Source: Spirochaetia bacterium | Lineage (GTDB): Bacteria; Spirochaetota; Spirochaetia; UBA9216 | NCBI GenBank assembly: GCA_963675665.1 | Contig: OY776510.1 | Location: 2,848,001 to 2,912,000, forward strand | Length of the DNA stretch: 64,000 bases | Direction of reading: 5' to 3' | Shown: piece after piece, positions 1 to 10,540 of the stretch | How the letters are laid out: each line of letters starts with the position of its first letter | Position numbering within the stretch: the first letter of the stretch is position 1 | Program-made: the position numbers and the translations under genes | Notes under the pieces: generated by a model | Told to the model about the DNA's origin: nothing | The model's database searches: none | The model's input: only the letters and a program-made list of their open reading frames with translations

Positions 1-295
1 GGATTTTGCAATGTCAAAAAAACTCGCCGTATTTGTTCCATATTTTAAGCTGGGAGCCTGGTATACAATAACCAACGTCGGCGGAGAAGCTCTTTTGATG
101 AGCGACGACACAACTACTACGGACAAGAATGAAGAAGTTGCTATTAATAGCCTCACAGGGCATAATGATCTTGATTTGCTGGTTTCCAGCGGGTTTGATT
201 TAATGCTTGGACCATTCTGCTCAAATATCGGCGGAGATTACAATCTCAGCAGCGGAGTATGGAGCGTTAGCCTCGGTTCAAGGCTGCAATTTTAG
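1..295 (+). CDS. C-terminal part of a probable outer-membrane beta-barrel protein (5'-truncated by the window edge)
   Basis: Frame is open from position 2. Amphipathic beta-strand-like segments, ending in a C-terminal Phe (SLGSRLQF). Confidence 0.5.
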   Translation, partial: DFAMSKKLAVFVPYFKLGAWYTITNVGGEALLMSDDTTTTDKNEEVAINSLTGHNDLDLLVSSGFDLMLGPFCSNIGGDYNLSSGVWSVSLGSRLQF

Positions 296-313
296 TCTAA
301 TACTGTGCTATAT

Positions 314-355
314 AAAAAGGGGCTGACTGATAATTAAATCCGGTCAGCCCTTTTT
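314..355. terminator. Bidirectional intrinsic terminator
   Basis: AAAAAGGGGCTGAC...GTCAGCCCTTTTT inverted repeat with A/T tracts on both sides, between convergent genes. Confidence 0.8.
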
Positions 356-384
356 GTATATACCCCACTTTATACAGGCTTAAG

Positions 385-3123
385 TCATTTCTCCGTCCGG
401 CAGGGGCAGGAGAAGTTGTATTTTCCCGAGCCCAGCTTTATAACAACATCCTCTCCTGTACGGTTTATTGAAAACTGATCCCTGCTTTGAACGGTCCGGA
501 TATCAGTATCACTTATGTCGGTTCCTGCAGCCCCCCGTGGAAGCGTAAGTGAGGCAGTAACTCCCGGTGGAATGAGAATGGAAATTATAATCTCACCGTT
601 TACAATCTCCCAGCCGCATTCAGAGCGTCCGTACGGAGTCTCATGCCAAGCTGACGCACTTTGAAGACTTCCGCCCGGTTGTGGCTTCAGTTTAAGCCTT
701 TGAAAACCGGGTCCTTCCGAACCCAGGCCAGCTATAGTATCAAAGAACCACGCACCAACCGCACCGGGAGAGTAATGGTTGAGCGAACTGAAGCCGATGC
801 GGCCATCGGCTTTAATGACATCCCAGCTCTCCCAGATGGTTGTTGCCCCTTTCTCCACTTCGTAGAGCCATGAGGGAGCTTCCTTCTGCATCAGGAGCCG
901 ATAAGCAATGTCGGGATAACCGGCCCGTGTAAGTTCATGACAGAGGGAAGCAGTGGCAAGGAAACCGGTCCCGATATGATAACCGTTTTTTTCTACGAGT
1001 TCAGCAAGCCGGGCGGCAGCCTGCTTCCGCTTCTGCTCCGGGAGAAGATCGAACGCGAGGGCACGGACATAGGTTGCCTGCCTGTCCGGTCGGAGCCGCG
1101 AACCGTCCTTGCAGGAGAACTCGTCCGTCCATGCGGAGGCGCTCTTTTCTCTCACCTCTTTGTAGCGTCTGGCATCCGCTTTATTACCGAGAATTTCCGC
1201 CGTAGCGGCGACTATTCCGCATGTGTAGGAGAGATATGCTGTGGCTACGGAGGGGCGGGAAAAGACCAGATTCACCAGAACATCAGCTGTCCGATTTTCA
1301 CCGGGTTCCAGCCACTCGCCGAAATGGAAGTCCCTGTCCCAGATCCACCGGGCGTCACCCGTGCCGCGGAGGAGCCGGCGGATAGAGAACCTTCGGGACC
1401 AGTGAGGTTTACCGGACCGGGAAATCATGTAGTCAGCCCAGGCTTTCATTGCGGGATAGAAGCGTTCAAGAATTCTTTCATCGCCGTAGAATTGATAAAG
1501 CACCCGGGGAATAATCGCTACGGCGTCTCCCCAGCCTGCGGAAATGGCGATCCCGGACAAGAATCCAAGGTTTATAGCGGGAACAATAATCGGTACGGCC
1601 CCGTCCGGCCTCTGGTCCGCTGCCACATCGTCCAGCCAGCGGGTTAAGAAACCGGAGATATCTCCGATGTACGAAGCAGTAGATGCAAAGATTTGAGCGT
1701 CGCCTGTCCATCCCGCACGTTCTCTCTGCGGGCAATCTGTAGGAATTTCCAGGAAATTACTCTTCATGCTCCAGGTAATATTATTGAAAAGCCGTTGAAG
1801 ATCGGGATCGGAGCATGTAAAGGAGCCGGCGTCTTCGAAGTCTGAGTAGACGGCTATACCCTCAAAGTCTCCTTCACGGATATCCCGGGAAAATCCTTCA
1901 ACAAGTACAAGTACGTATCGAAAGCCGTGAAAGGTGAAATGCGGCTCGTACACTTCTTCGGCTCCTCCTTTAAGGATATAACATACTTCCTGGAATGTTT
2001 TTTTCCTGGACATCACCAGATTTGACAGGGTGAAATTACCATTCTGGTCAAGGGTTTCTCCATGTATGAGCCGGACCGATGAGCCAGCAGACCCCGAAAC
2101 CCTAATCTTTACCCGGCCGGCAAAGTTCTGGCCCATGTCCAGAACTGTTTCGCCGTTCGGGGTGAACAGGACCTGCGGTGAAAATCTCTCCCTTCTGCGC
2201 ACAGGCGGACCGGCACCGGCAACAAGCCTGTCCATCGGAAATTCAATCTCCTTCGCCGGGTTCCAGGAAGAATCGTCAAAGCCTGTTTCATTCCATCCGG
2301 GCATCTCGAGCCGGGCATCGTAGATTTCGCCTTCAACCATATCGGATTTCAGGATTGGACCGGTACAGGCGCGCCATGGATTTTCGGGATGAATCCATTC
2401 GGCTGTCCCGTCTTCATATTCCACTCTCAAACAAAAAAGGAAGGCCAGGTCTGTGCCGAATGTGTTCCGTCGGCCAAAGGGTCCTGCCTTGCCCCGAAAC
2501 CATCCGTCGCCGAGAACGGCTCCTACTATATTGTCTCCGATCCTAAGCATGTCCGTTATATCGTATACCTGATACCGAATGCGCTTTCTGTAGCTTGTAA
2601 ACCCGGGGGCAAAAAGACAGTCGCCTGTGATGCTGCCATTAACGTACAATTCATAAACGCCGTGAGCTGATGCATAGCCCCGGACCTTCAATACAGGCTT
2701 CGCGGGAAAGGTGAACAGAGCCCTGAGGTAGGGACAGGGGTTGAACCCTCCGGAATGTTTATGCTCCTCCGGGACAATCCACTTTACTGCGCCCCAGTCT
2801 GCATGATTGAGGATGCCCATCTCCCAGGACGCCTGTTCGCTCCATGGCCCTTCGGTGTCCGCCTCATCCCATACCTTAACCTGCCATGTCAGGACCTGGA
2901 AAGACTGTAGCGCCGGGCCGCTGTAAACAGCGCCGGGCCGGTTGGAAGGTTCTTTAAAGCTGTCCCAGACGGTTTTGTTCCCTTCCTGAACCAGGATCCG
3001 GTACGCGCTCTGGGCCGCCAGACGACGATCCGAACGCAGGTGCCAGGCCAGAAGCGGATTAGAATCATCAATTCCGATTGGATTCACTTCGTAATTGCAG
3101 CGTAAATGGTAAATATCCAACAC
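385..3123 (-). CDS. Alpha-L-rhamnosidase (glycoside hydrolase family 78)
   Basis: 912 aa with GH78 motifs PTDCPQRERAGWTGD, FGEWL, GATTIWESWD, SLNHY and LDMGQNFAG. Confidence 0.92.
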   Translation of the reverse strand: MLDIYHLRCNYEVNPIGIDDSNPLLAWHLRSDRRLAAQSAYRILVQEGNKTVWDSFKEPSNRPGAVYSGPALQSFQVLTWQVKVWDEADTEGPWSEQASWEMGILNHADWGAVKWIVPEEHKHSGGFNPCPYLRALFTFPAKPVLKVRGYASAHGVYELYVNGSITGDCLFAPGFTSYRKRIRYQVYDITDMLRIGDNIVGAVLGDGWFRGKAGPFGRRNTFGTDLAFLFCLRVEYEDGTAEWIHPENPWRACTGPILKSDMVEGEIYDARLEMPGWNETGFDDSSWNPAKEIEFPMDRLVAGAGPPVRRRERFSPQVLFTPNGETVLDMGQNFAGRVKIRVSGSAGSSVRLIHGETLDQNGNFTLSNLVMSRKKTFQEVCYILKGGAEEVYEPHFTFHGFRYVLVLVEGFSRDIREGDFEGIAVYSDFEDAGSFTCSDPDLQRLFNNITWSMKSNFLEIPTDCPQRERAGWTGDAQIFASTASYIGDISGFLTRWLDDVAADQRPDGAVPIIVPAINLGFLSGIAISAGWGDAVAIIPRVLYQFYGDERILERFYPAMKAWADYMISRSGKPHWSRRFSIRRLLRGTGDARWIWDRDFHFGEWLEPGENRTADVLVNLVFSRPSVATAYLSYTCGIVAATAEILGNKADARRYKEVREKSASAWTDEFSCKDGSRLRPDRQATYVRALAFDLLPEQKRKQAAARLAELVEKNGYHIGTGFLATASLCHELTRAGYPDIAYRLLMQKEAPSWLYEVEKGATTIWESWDVIKADGRIGFSSLNHYSPGAVGAWFFDTIAGLGSEGPGFQRLKLKPQPGGSLQSASAWHETPYGRSECGWEIVNGEIIISILIPPGVTASLTLPRGAAGTDISDTDIRTVQSRDQFSINRTGEDVVIKLGSGKYNFSCPCRTEK

Positions 3124-3140
3124 ACTATTCTCCTGAAAAA

Positions 3141-4502
3141 TTATTTTCGCGGCAACTTATTGTGTCGCCTGATCAACTCTGTGTTAACTTCGACCAGCTT
3201 TTCTCCGGAAATATCGTACCCGACAGCAAATATTATACCGGCCAGCAGAATTATGGCTGCCGGAACGGCCAGATTGGAAACAATTATTCCCTTCAGCGCT
3301 GAATCGGGTTGAACAGTAGAAGCCCCGTCAAAGCAGGTAGCAGCCAGGATATAACCCGGAATTGCTCCGCCGATTCCCTGAGAAAACTTTGTGGTAAATG
3401 AACTCAATGAGGCTATTGCAGCTTCAACCCTTATATTTTTTATATATTCAACGTAATTGGTATTGTCGGCCTGAATGGAATACATCAGGACCAGAAAGCC
3501 GCCCATCCCGAACCCGTATACTACTGAAGCGATAGTCGCCGCCCGTACAGATTCCAGCGATACAAAACGAATAAGCAGCCCAAGCGCCATGAGTATAAGG
3601 CAGGAAACAAAGACAGCTTTTTTGCCGAACCTGTTTATCCAGAGTTGCGATGTAAGCATTGCGGGTATGATCCCAACCATAGAGGCAAGCATAACAATGG
3701 ATAATTTGCTTAAATCTCCTATAATATAGCTGAAATAATAGGTATTTGTAGTATTGTACATCATCAGTCCTATGCTGCCGATAAACATCGACAGGAAGGT
3801 AAACAGGACGGGTTTTATCGAGAATATCCGGAAGATATCCTTGAATTTATATTTTTCCGAATCATTTTTTTGTGCGGCAACATGCTCCCGTACAAGCAAA
3901 GCGCCAACGACAGAGAAGAAAATTACAAAGGCGACAATACTGAATATAAGTTTATAGTAAGCGTTGATCGAACCGGACGCTACGGCAATTGGGGCCGTAA
4001 CATTGAAAATCATGGCTCCTACCATATAAAAGAAGCCTTTCAGGGTTGATAATGAATTTCGTTCCTTTAAATTATCGGTCATCACAGGAAGCAGGCTGTT
4101 AAGAGAAATATCCATAATTGGGAAAGTTATTCCGATTAGTAAATAGGATATATAGACGATCAATAGCTTGATCCCGGGCATCCATATGGGCCCGAACCAC
4201 AATAAAAGATAATTTAAACCGCATATGACTGCACCAAAAATCAGTGACCTTCTGAATCTACCCATTTTGCCTACGGGTGTATGATCAATAAAGTAACCGA
4301 CCAGGGGATCGTTAACTGCATCAATTATCCGTGCAATCAGGAAAAGCGTGGCAACCTGCGCGGGTTTCAGACCAACTACATTTGTATAGAAAATCATTAA
4401 AAAAACACTGATGAAAGTGATGACGGGGATATTTCCCAGGTTTGCCATAATAAATCCCAATTTCTCGGAAAATTTTATCTTTCCTTCTGTTACTGCCGTC
4501 AT
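3141..4502 (-). CDS. Glycoside-pentoside-hexuronide (GPH/MelB-like) cation symporter, MFS
   Basis: About 12 hydrophobic segments and the ARIIDAVNDPLVG...GRFRR motif. Directly upstream of the GH78 gene. Confidence 0.88.
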   Translation of the reverse strand: MTAVTEGKIKFSEKLGFIMANLGNIPVITFISVFLMIFYTNVVGLKPAQVATLFLIARIIDAVNDPLVGYFIDHTPVGKMGRFRRSLIFGAVICGLNYLLLWFGPIWMPGIKLLIVYISYLLIGITFPIMDISLNSLLPVMTDNLKERNSLSTLKGFFYMVGAMIFNVTAPIAVASGSINAYYKLIFSIVAFVIFFSVVGALLVREHVAAQKNDSEKYKFKDIFRIFSIKPVLFTFLSMFIGSIGLMMYNTTNTYYFSYIIGDLSKLSIVMLASMVGIIPAMLTSQLWINRFGKKAVFVSCLILMALGLLIRFVSLESVRAATIASVVYGFGMGGFLVLMYSIQADNTNYVEYIKNIRVEAAIASLSSFTTKFSQGIGGAIPGYILAATCFDGASTVQPDSALKGIIVSNLAVPAAIILLAGIIFAVGYDISGEKLVEVNTELIRRHNKLPRK

Positions 4503-4583
4503 CTTATTTCTCCTTATTTTTTACCGTCTGTGTTTTTACAGCCTCAACAAGTGGATTATAAGGGTGGGACTTTCTTCCGGGTA

Positions 4584-4618
4584 ATGACCATTTCCGTATT
4601 GTTCATGACTTATTCCGT
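4584..4618. promoter_or_regulatory. Putative AraC-family binding half-sites (direct repeat, 21-bp period)
   Basis: ATGACCATTTCCGT at 4584 and ATGACTTATTCCGT at 4605, in the divergent GPH/AraC intergenic region. Confidence 0.45.
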
Positions 4619-4630
4619 GCTATACTTATT

Positions 4631-5797
4631 TTGTCTATGACAAACGAAGAACTTGACAGTTTTCTGAGATCCTCAAGCAAGTACGATAATTGTCTTCGCT
4701 GTATCGGGAAGAATGTGTCATTAGGCTCCGGCATGAGGTTTGAAGATGCAGCTTTAATTGCAGCCGCCTTTTCTTCTGAAGCGGCTTTGCCAAGATCCCG
4801 TTTCTACTCAATTCCGGTTCCCAAAAATAACCTAATTGAACTTTTTCGGAAATCTTCCATCGTGTGCGACGAGAATCTGTTGATACCCCGAAACCGGGGA
4901 TTCACCTTTTCCATTCATCCCCGCTTTTTCAAAGCCGGTATAAACCACCGGCACAACTATATTGAGTTCGTATATGTATATTCAGGTTCTATCACCCAGA
5001 ATGTCGGAAATCTTTCGGTTACTCTGGAGGAAGGTGATGCCTGTATACTCGACACGATAACCGAACACTCCTTCGGCTTGGCAGGCGAAGGCGATATTAT
5101 AGTGAACTGTCTTATCAGAAGAAGCTATTTCAATACTTCGATCCTGTCCAAACTGGCGGGAGAATCGTTTCTCTCACATTTTATAATGGAGACATCATTC
5201 CGCGGATACGGCTCCGTCGGGTATTTGATGTTCAGAACCGGTAAAGATGCAGCCCTGCGCGAAGCAATACAAAGGGTTCTGCGTGAACATTTCGATCCCG
5301 GTCCTTTTTCCGAACTTATCCTGGATTCGGGGCTTAATATTATTTTCGCGGAACTGGCCCGTATTGGGGTTTCAGGCGAACGGGACGGAAATCCAGGCTC
5401 CGACGAATACATTGCTCCGGGGATAAAAGGCCGGATTCCGGATATTCTCCGTTTTATCCGTACCGGCTGTGCGTCAGTCAAATTGAGCGATGCAGCAGAA
5501 TACTTCCATATCAGCCCTGATTACCTGAGTGCTGTCCTCCGTAGGACATTGGGAAAGGGCTTCATTGATCTTCTGAAAGAGGCCCGCCTTGAAAGAGCGG
5601 CCGTTATTCTGATAAGTACGGATGCTTCTGTTGAGTCTGTTATTCACGAAGTCGGTTATGAGAATGTTCATTACTTCAACCGGATTTTTAAAGAGAAATA
5701 CGGCAGTCTGCCTTCTATCTACCGGCGATCATCCGGGAATAGACTTTCCCGGAATACAAGGGTTAAAACCTCAGACCCTTCTTTGGGCTTAAAATAG
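4631..5797 (+). CDS. AraC-family transcriptional regulator (cupin sensor + C-terminal HTH)
   Basis: HRHNYIEFVYVYSG cupin motif and C-terminal VGYENVHYFNRIFKEKYGSLPSIYR. Confidence 0.9.
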   Translation: MSMTNEELDSFLRSSSKYDNCLRCIGKNVSLGSGMRFEDAALIAAAFSSEAALPRSRFYSIPVPKNNLIELFRKSSIVCDENLLIPRNRGFTFSIHPRFFKAGINHRHNYIEFVYVYSGSITQNVGNLSVTLEEGDACILDTITEHSFGLAGEGDIIVNCLIRRSYFNTSILSKLAGESFLSHFIMETSFRGYGSVGYLMFRTGKDAALREAIQRVLREHFDPGPFSELILDSGLNIIFAELARIGVSGERDGNPGSDEYIAPGIKGRIPDILRFIRTGCASVKLSDAAEYFHISPDYLSAVLRRTLGKGFIDLLKEARLERAAVILISTDASVESVIHEVGYENVHYFNRIFKEKYGSLPSIYRRSSGNRLSRNTRVKTSDPSLGLK

Positions 5798-5859
5798 AAT
5801 TATAGTCAGTTGCCGTGGATACATCCGTAAATTGTTTCTTTTTTATATTTGAGGCATCT

Positions 5860-6210
5860 TTATTCCGATTCGGGAACCATATTAAAATACTGATAATCTG
5901 CAGGTCCGTAACACCACAGAAGAGAAGGCCACCATACAAGAATTCCCAGGACAAGGTTTACCGGCTGTATTGTCTTTTTTAATGAAGAATGTCTTGTAAT
6001 ATATCCGTCTTTTTCAAGTCTTATATCGGGGTCTTCCCATATGCCGTTGCTCAGTCTGACGCTGGCAGGAACAGTTCCTTCGGGCCTTCCATCGATGAAA
6101 AGTTCTGCTCCGACTGCGTTTGATTCAATCGTAACATTGGTATACGAAACGCATCCTGAGAGAAACACAACAAGCATAATTATACTAATGGTACGAAAAG
6201 ATTTTTTCAT
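5860..6210 (-). CDS. PEGA-domain lipoprotein
   Basis: GGAGG RBS then MKKSF...FLSGC lipobox. IESNAVGAELFIDG..GTVP...LEKDGY fits the PEGA pattern. Confidence 0.7.
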   Translation of the reverse strand: MKKSFRTISIIMLVVFLSGCVSYTNVTIESNAVGAELFIDGRPEGTVPASVRLSNGIWEDPDIRLEKDGYITRHSSLKKTIQPVNLVLGILVWWPSLLWCYGPADYQYFNMVPESE

Positions 6211-6285
6211 TATTCCTCCAGATAACAACCCCCGTACGGGGGAGTGTTATCCTATTCTATAATTGAAAATGGTAGTTGTTCAACC

Positions 6286-6315
6286 AAAAAAAAGCCGCCT
6301 CCCAGAGGAGGCGGC
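6286..6315 (-). terminator. Intrinsic terminator of the 6337-10448 gene cluster
   Basis: GCCGCCTCC-CAGA-GGAGGCGGC stem preceded on the + strand by A8. Confidence 0.85.
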
Positions 6316-6336
6316 AGATATAATATCCTGGTAATT

Positions 6337-7788
6337 CTATTTCCAGAGGTCCGCGTCAGCGGCATTTACAGCAGTAACACCGTAGTTCCCTGCGATATAA
6401 AGGATATCTCCGTTCCAGTCAAGACCGGTTACGGCGCCCGTCAGAAGTCCGGATACGGGAAGGCCTTCGTTGAAAGCTATAGATGCAGTTACTATCGAGC
6501 CGTTAACTTCCTTTAACAGAAGCAGTTCAAGCGGCGTTACACATGCGGTGTAATTATCTCCGCATGCGATCATCGATACGCGTTTGTTCTGTGCTGCTAC
6601 AGGTACTGCATCAGGTTTTAACATGTCGGAGATATTCTCCGAAGCTGAAGCCTTGTACAGACCTTTGTCGGTTCCGATAAACAGGCTGCTGCCGTCCGGA
6701 GTATCTATATCCAGAACAGCTCTTGCGTCAAGCGGATCGCGTCCGGTAACAAAGTCTTCGAAAAGCTCAAAGATCGCATTCTCATCCGTTCCGAGATCAA
6801 AACCTGTATCGGTGAAATCAAGTTTGATCCTGAAATTCCCGATTTTGGATACCATGTATACCCATAAAGATTTTGTTTCGCCTGCCGATTTATTTATTAC
6901 CGTAATGCCTTTAATAACCTGACCTTTCAGTGGTATTCCGGCATCATCCAGAAACGGTTTTAAATCAACGGGCTTCCATTCATGAAAACCTTTTTCATAA
7001 TCCTGGGCTGAAAGTATAAGTCCGCCTTCGGTGTGTCCTACTATCAGCTCAATCTGTTCGGTGTCGTCCCAGAAAACATCCGCTGAAAGAATATCAACTT
7101 TATTGTTAAGTTTGGTGGCAAGACCGTCTGCAAAGGCGTCATCGTAAGCGCCGTTATAAGTAATAAATCCTTCTCCTGCGTTGTGAGCGCTGCTGATAAC
7201 CGCTTTGTCCTGATAACCTTCCGTAACACTGTTGAAGGTGAATCCGGCGGGAGCGGCCACAGGAGTACGCGAAGTTCCGTAGTAGAGGTATTTGCCGTCT
7301 TCGCTGATCGTATAAAATTCACCGTCGACGACAGCTATGCCGTTGTAGGTGTCTCCTGTTGTGTAGGAAGCAATCGGTGTTATTCCGCGTTCGCCAAACT
7401 TCACCTCGGTTACCGGAGCTTCTGTCGCGGTTCCGCCGGTTACTGTAACTTTACCGTTAAAGGTCCGGTCCAGCACGAACGTACCGTCGGTTTTTTCCGT
7501 TCCGAGCGATATAAATATTTTATATACCGGTCCGACAGGAATTTTATAAATCTCTATTGCCTTGTCTGCGCCGACTTCCTGGTAAGCATATTCACCGAGG
7601 TTAACAGGTGTAATTGTGCCTTCAGGAAAAAGCCAGATTTTGGCCCATGACCCTACACCTTTTGAAACAACAGATGAAAGGTCTATACTTACATTTTCCG
7701 CATCTTCAACCATCATGGCCCCGCATGAGGAAAAGAGCAGTATTATAGCGGATATAAGCAAGAAACCGGTTAATTTCATTTTTTTCAT
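6337..7788 (-). CDS. Hypothetical lipoprotein, beta-rich (possible beta-propeller C-terminus)
   Basis: MKKMKLTGFLLISAIILLFSSC lipobox, GGAGG RBS, 483 aa. Confidence 0.65.
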   Translation of the reverse strand: MKKMKLTGFLLISAIILLFSSCGAMMVEDAENVSIDLSSVVSKGVGSWAKIWLFPEGTITPVNLGEYAYQEVGADKAIEIYKIPVGPVYKIFISLGTEKTDGTFVLDRTFNGKVTVTGGTATEAPVTEVKFGERGITPIASYTTGDTYNGIAVVDGEFYTISEDGKYLYYGTSRTPVAAPAGFTFNSVTEGYQDKAVISSAHNAGEGFITYNGAYDDAFADGLATKLNNKVDILSADVFWDDTEQIELIVGHTEGGLILSAQDYEKGFHEWKPVDLKPFLDDAGIPLKGQVIKGITVINKSAGETKSLWVYMVSKIGNFRIKLDFTDTGFDLGTDENAIFELFEDFVTGRDPLDARAVLDIDTPDGSSLFIGTDKGLYKASASENISDMLKPDAVPVAAQNKRVSMIACGDNYTACVTPLELLLLKEVNGSIVTASIAFNEGLPVSGLLTGAVTGLDWNGDILYIAGNYGVTAVNAADADLWK

Positions 7789-7800
7789 CGCTTATCCTCC

Positions 7801-8502
7801 TTATTCTACGCTGATTATAATATCACCGAACATTTTAACCGGTGATTGCGATACCGCAGAAGATACCCCGCCGGCGTTGCTTGTCTGTGAGGCGCCGCTC
7901 TGAGAATTGTTGTTCTGCTGTTTGGCAAGACTGGCCACCGTTGCGGCTTTCTTGGCTTTTTCATTTGACGGGTTCGACTGTTTTCCGGATTCAGTTACCT
8001 TGCTCTCTTCTCCGCCGCTTACAAGCTGCTCACGGGCAATGGCTTCACCGAAAAAGCTTACTGCTCCGCTTTCTACTGTAAGGGTAGTGCCGTCATATGA
8101 AAAAGAGGTTCCCCTTACTGCAGCTGTCGAAGAAGGGCTTCTCAGTTTAAAATCATGACTGAGACCGGCGTCGCGTTTAACCTCGGCATTTACTTTGCCG
8201 ACCCTTAAAAATAATCCGGTGGTTTGAGCACCCTGGCTCTGCATCAGTTCTTCAAGTTTCATTCTTGTCAGCGCGTCAACCTCGAGAACAGAGGCTCCGA
8301 CTTCGAGTACTGCGGATGATCCGAAACCTGTTGAAATACTTGCTCCCGTCGGAAGAACGTCTCCGGCGGCTGCACGCTGCCAGTTTCCTCCCGGGGCCTG
8401 AATTTCAACCCTGCCTGTCAGTTCTTTTACTACGGCGTTATCTGATGCAAATACCGGAATCGATATAAGCAAAATTGCCAGAATTATGATCAGTTTCTTC
8501 AT
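7801..8502 (-). CDS. Secreted FecR-domain protein
   Basis: Signal peptide, ISTGFGSSAVL...AAVRGTSF...VESGAV FecR-like motif, Q/N/S-rich tail. Confidence 0.8.
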   Translation of the reverse strand: MKKLIIILAILLISIPVFASDNAVVKELTGRVEIQAPGGNWQRAAAGDVLPTGASISTGFGSSAVLEVGASVLEVDALTRMKLEELMQSQGAQTTGLFLRVGKVNAEVKRDAGLSHDFKLRSPSSTAAVRGTSFSYDGTTLTVESGAVSFFGEAIAREQLVSGGEESKVTESGKQSNPSNEKAKKAATVASLAKQQNNNSQSGASQTSNAGGVSSAVSQSPVKMFGDIIISVE

Positions 8503-8520
8503 CTATTGTATACCTCCTGA

Positions 8521-9987
8521 TTAAAAACTCATTGAAACATTAAGTTTTACCATGAATGACGGATTCTCCATATCTGAACCGGCAAAAGCAACTGCATTCG
8601 GAAGGAAATAACCGCCCATAACTGCTACGCCCAGATCTGAAAAAGGACGCATATTCACACTTAAGTCTATCTCAGAACCAAGATAATTTCCGTCAAAATC
8701 GTCCGAAAGTCCTGAAATTGCTATAGGTCCGTCAACAATTCTGAAGAACGGCATTGCCGCGGCTGTGACCTGCATGCTGCTGATGAACGGAAGATCCATC
8801 CATTCGAGCGGCTTTATGGAGTAATTGGCATTGGCTGTAAAAATATTGGACAATCCCGGAGAAAATATCATTCCGCCGCCGCCGCCGGTAATCGGGGTAA
8901 ACTGCGTATAATTTTCTGCCTTGTTGCCTTCATATATCGAGTCCGCATCAGCATCTCCTGTTCCGAATGTTGCTCCGATGCCGGCTTTTGAATTAAAAAG
9001 CCAGGGCATGTAATAATCTACACTCAAACCGGCCATATGGGAAATTATCATGTCGTATTGATATGCGAAACCTGTTTCGCTGTAGATATTTTCCGCATAT
9101 GTCAATGCCCGGCCTGTTCCGAAATAGTAGTAGACATTGTGATAAAGACCCGGGATTGACGGTCCTGATACGCCGGCCCCGATGTACTGTGTATCAACCG
9201 CACCGCCCCTTGTCAGGTCCTGATCGGTTTCGCCTTCCTGTATAAGAGATGAAACGTAGTCGGGATTGGAGTAACTCTGCAGTACGTCCAGCATTGGACG
9301 GAGATCTTCCTGCGCCACGAGCGACAGGGTTATGCTTTGTTTTGCAATAATCTGCGGAACGGTCAGCGTTACAATTTCGACTGCCCTCGGGCTGCCCAGT
9401 ACTGATTTTCCGGCTGCATCAGCTGCAGCTTTGTCGGAAAGGTATTCAAACAGACCCGCGGAATTTTCCAGTTCCGAAGCGTCGGTTCGTGACATTACAA
9501 CAGGTTTTGAGGTTGTCAGCATATTCCCGGTTTCTGAAAAGAAAAGCGCTGTTGAACCGGCAGCTATTGTGAGCTCAAAAGCCGGATAATTGAAATTCCA
9601 TATCATGCCGTCAAGGCTTTGGGAAAATACTTTGGTGGAAAAATCAGCTGTGGCAAATCTTCCTATGCTTGTAGCAAGTATGGAAGGACCGTAATCAAGA
9701 TTATCCCAGAGACCGTCAAGTTTGACGTAGTCGGGGTTTATATAAAACTGAAAACCTTCATCGGTAATGGATGCAATATGATCAGTTTTCATCTCGAATG
9801 AATAATGTTCGCCCTTTCCGGTTTCAAACCAGATTCCTACAGCTTCCTCATTTGTTAATCCCCCGGCAGGCGCGGATGAGTAGCCTGTTGCAGAAGTAAG
9901 CGATCCGCCGTAATCCAATGCTGCAAGATTGACACCGGCGGCAAGCAGAAGTATTGCGGAGAGTATAATTACAGAAATTCGTTTCAT
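8521..9987 (-). CDS. Probable outer-membrane beta-barrel protein (alginate-export-like)
   Basis: Signal peptide, YLGSEIDL...GGYFLP motif near the C-terminus, terminal Phe. Confidence 0.6.
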   Translation of the reverse strand: MKRISVIILSAILLLAAGVNLAALDYGGSLTSATGYSSAPAGGLTNEEAVGIWFETGKGEHYSFEMKTDHIASITDEGFQFYINPDYVKLDGLWDNLDYGPSILATSIGRFATADFSTKVFSQSLDGMIWNFNYPAFELTIAAGSTALFFSETGNMLTTSKPVVMSRTDASELENSAGLFEYLSDKAAADAAGKSVLGSPRAVEIVTLTVPQIIAKQSITLSLVAQEDLRPMLDVLQSYSNPDYVSSLIQEGETDQDLTRGGAVDTQYIGAGVSGPSIPGLYHNVYYYFGTGRALTYAENIYSETGFAYQYDMIISHMAGLSVDYYMPWLFNSKAGIGATFGTGDADADSIYEGNKAENYTQFTPITGGGGGMIFSPGLSNIFTANANYSIKPLEWMDLPFISSMQVTAAAMPFFRIVDGPIAISGLSDDFDGNYLGSEIDLSVNMRPFSDLGVAVMGGYFLPNAVAFAGSDMENPSFMVKLNVSMSF

Positions 9988-10448
9988 TATTCAGCCTCCT
10001 TGAGCTCAATCGCTTTGGAGAGAATATTAATTACATCTTCTCCGGTTACCGTTTTGTTCGGATGGGCTCCCGAGTCCAGGACTTCAAGGAAAACAAGTTC
10101 CCGTACGGCATATCTTGGCGAAGGAAACAGCGTATACATGATTCCTCCCTTCATCCCGAACGCCTGCATTATGATGTAAGACATTTCTCCCAATGTTACA
10201 GGATCGGAGGCTTCCTTATGCGATTTGTTCCACTTGTTTTCAGTGATAATATTAACCGCATCGTTTATCGTCGCGTTTTCATCAGCTATCCCGCTTCCAA
10301 CAGCTATCATATATACCGATTCGCCGAAGCCTGCTTCGCCGGATGCGAGAAGATTATCAACAATCTCCATTGACTGGGCGTTCAGGCTTGCTGCTCCAAC
10401 CAGTATTATGACAGCGGTAAAAATGAGAAAAACTTTATTTTTTTGCAT
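9987..10448 (-). CDS. Secreted hypothetical protein, SLH-like repeats possible
   Basis: Signal peptide plus PVTLGEMSYIIMQAF and KTVTGEDVINIL repeats, which resemble SLH motifs. Confidence 0.55.
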   Translation of the reverse strand: MQKNKVFLIFTAVIILVGAASLNAQSMEIVDNLLASGEAGFGESVYMIAVGSGIADENATINDAVNIITENKWNKSHKEASDPVTLGEMSYIIMQAFGMKGGIMYTLFPSPRYAVRELVFLEVLDSGAHPNKTVTGEDVINILSKAIELKEAE

Positions 10449-10540
10449 ACCTTTTCTCCATTTTATGGATTATACTACCATTAAAGTATAGTACTTACAG
10501 TCATTGCTTTCAAATGTTTTTTAATAAAGGTTAGCCGATT

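Noticed and set aside
937-1647. Long antisense or overlapping ORFs (also 34563-35303, 37056-37814, 40086-40829, 41250-41915, 63608-63994)
   Set aside because: They are shadows of well-supported genes on the opposite strand and have no recognisable motifs.
1901-1914. ACAAGTACAAGTAC micro-duplication in the GH78 gene (YVLVLVEG)
   Set aside because: At most an in-frame 2-aa duplication, too small to interpret.
6221-6251. Hairpin GATAACA-CCCCCGTACGGGGG-TGTTATC just before the PEGA gene RBS as another element copy
   Set aside because: The position is similar, but it shares no sequence with P2, P3 or P4.
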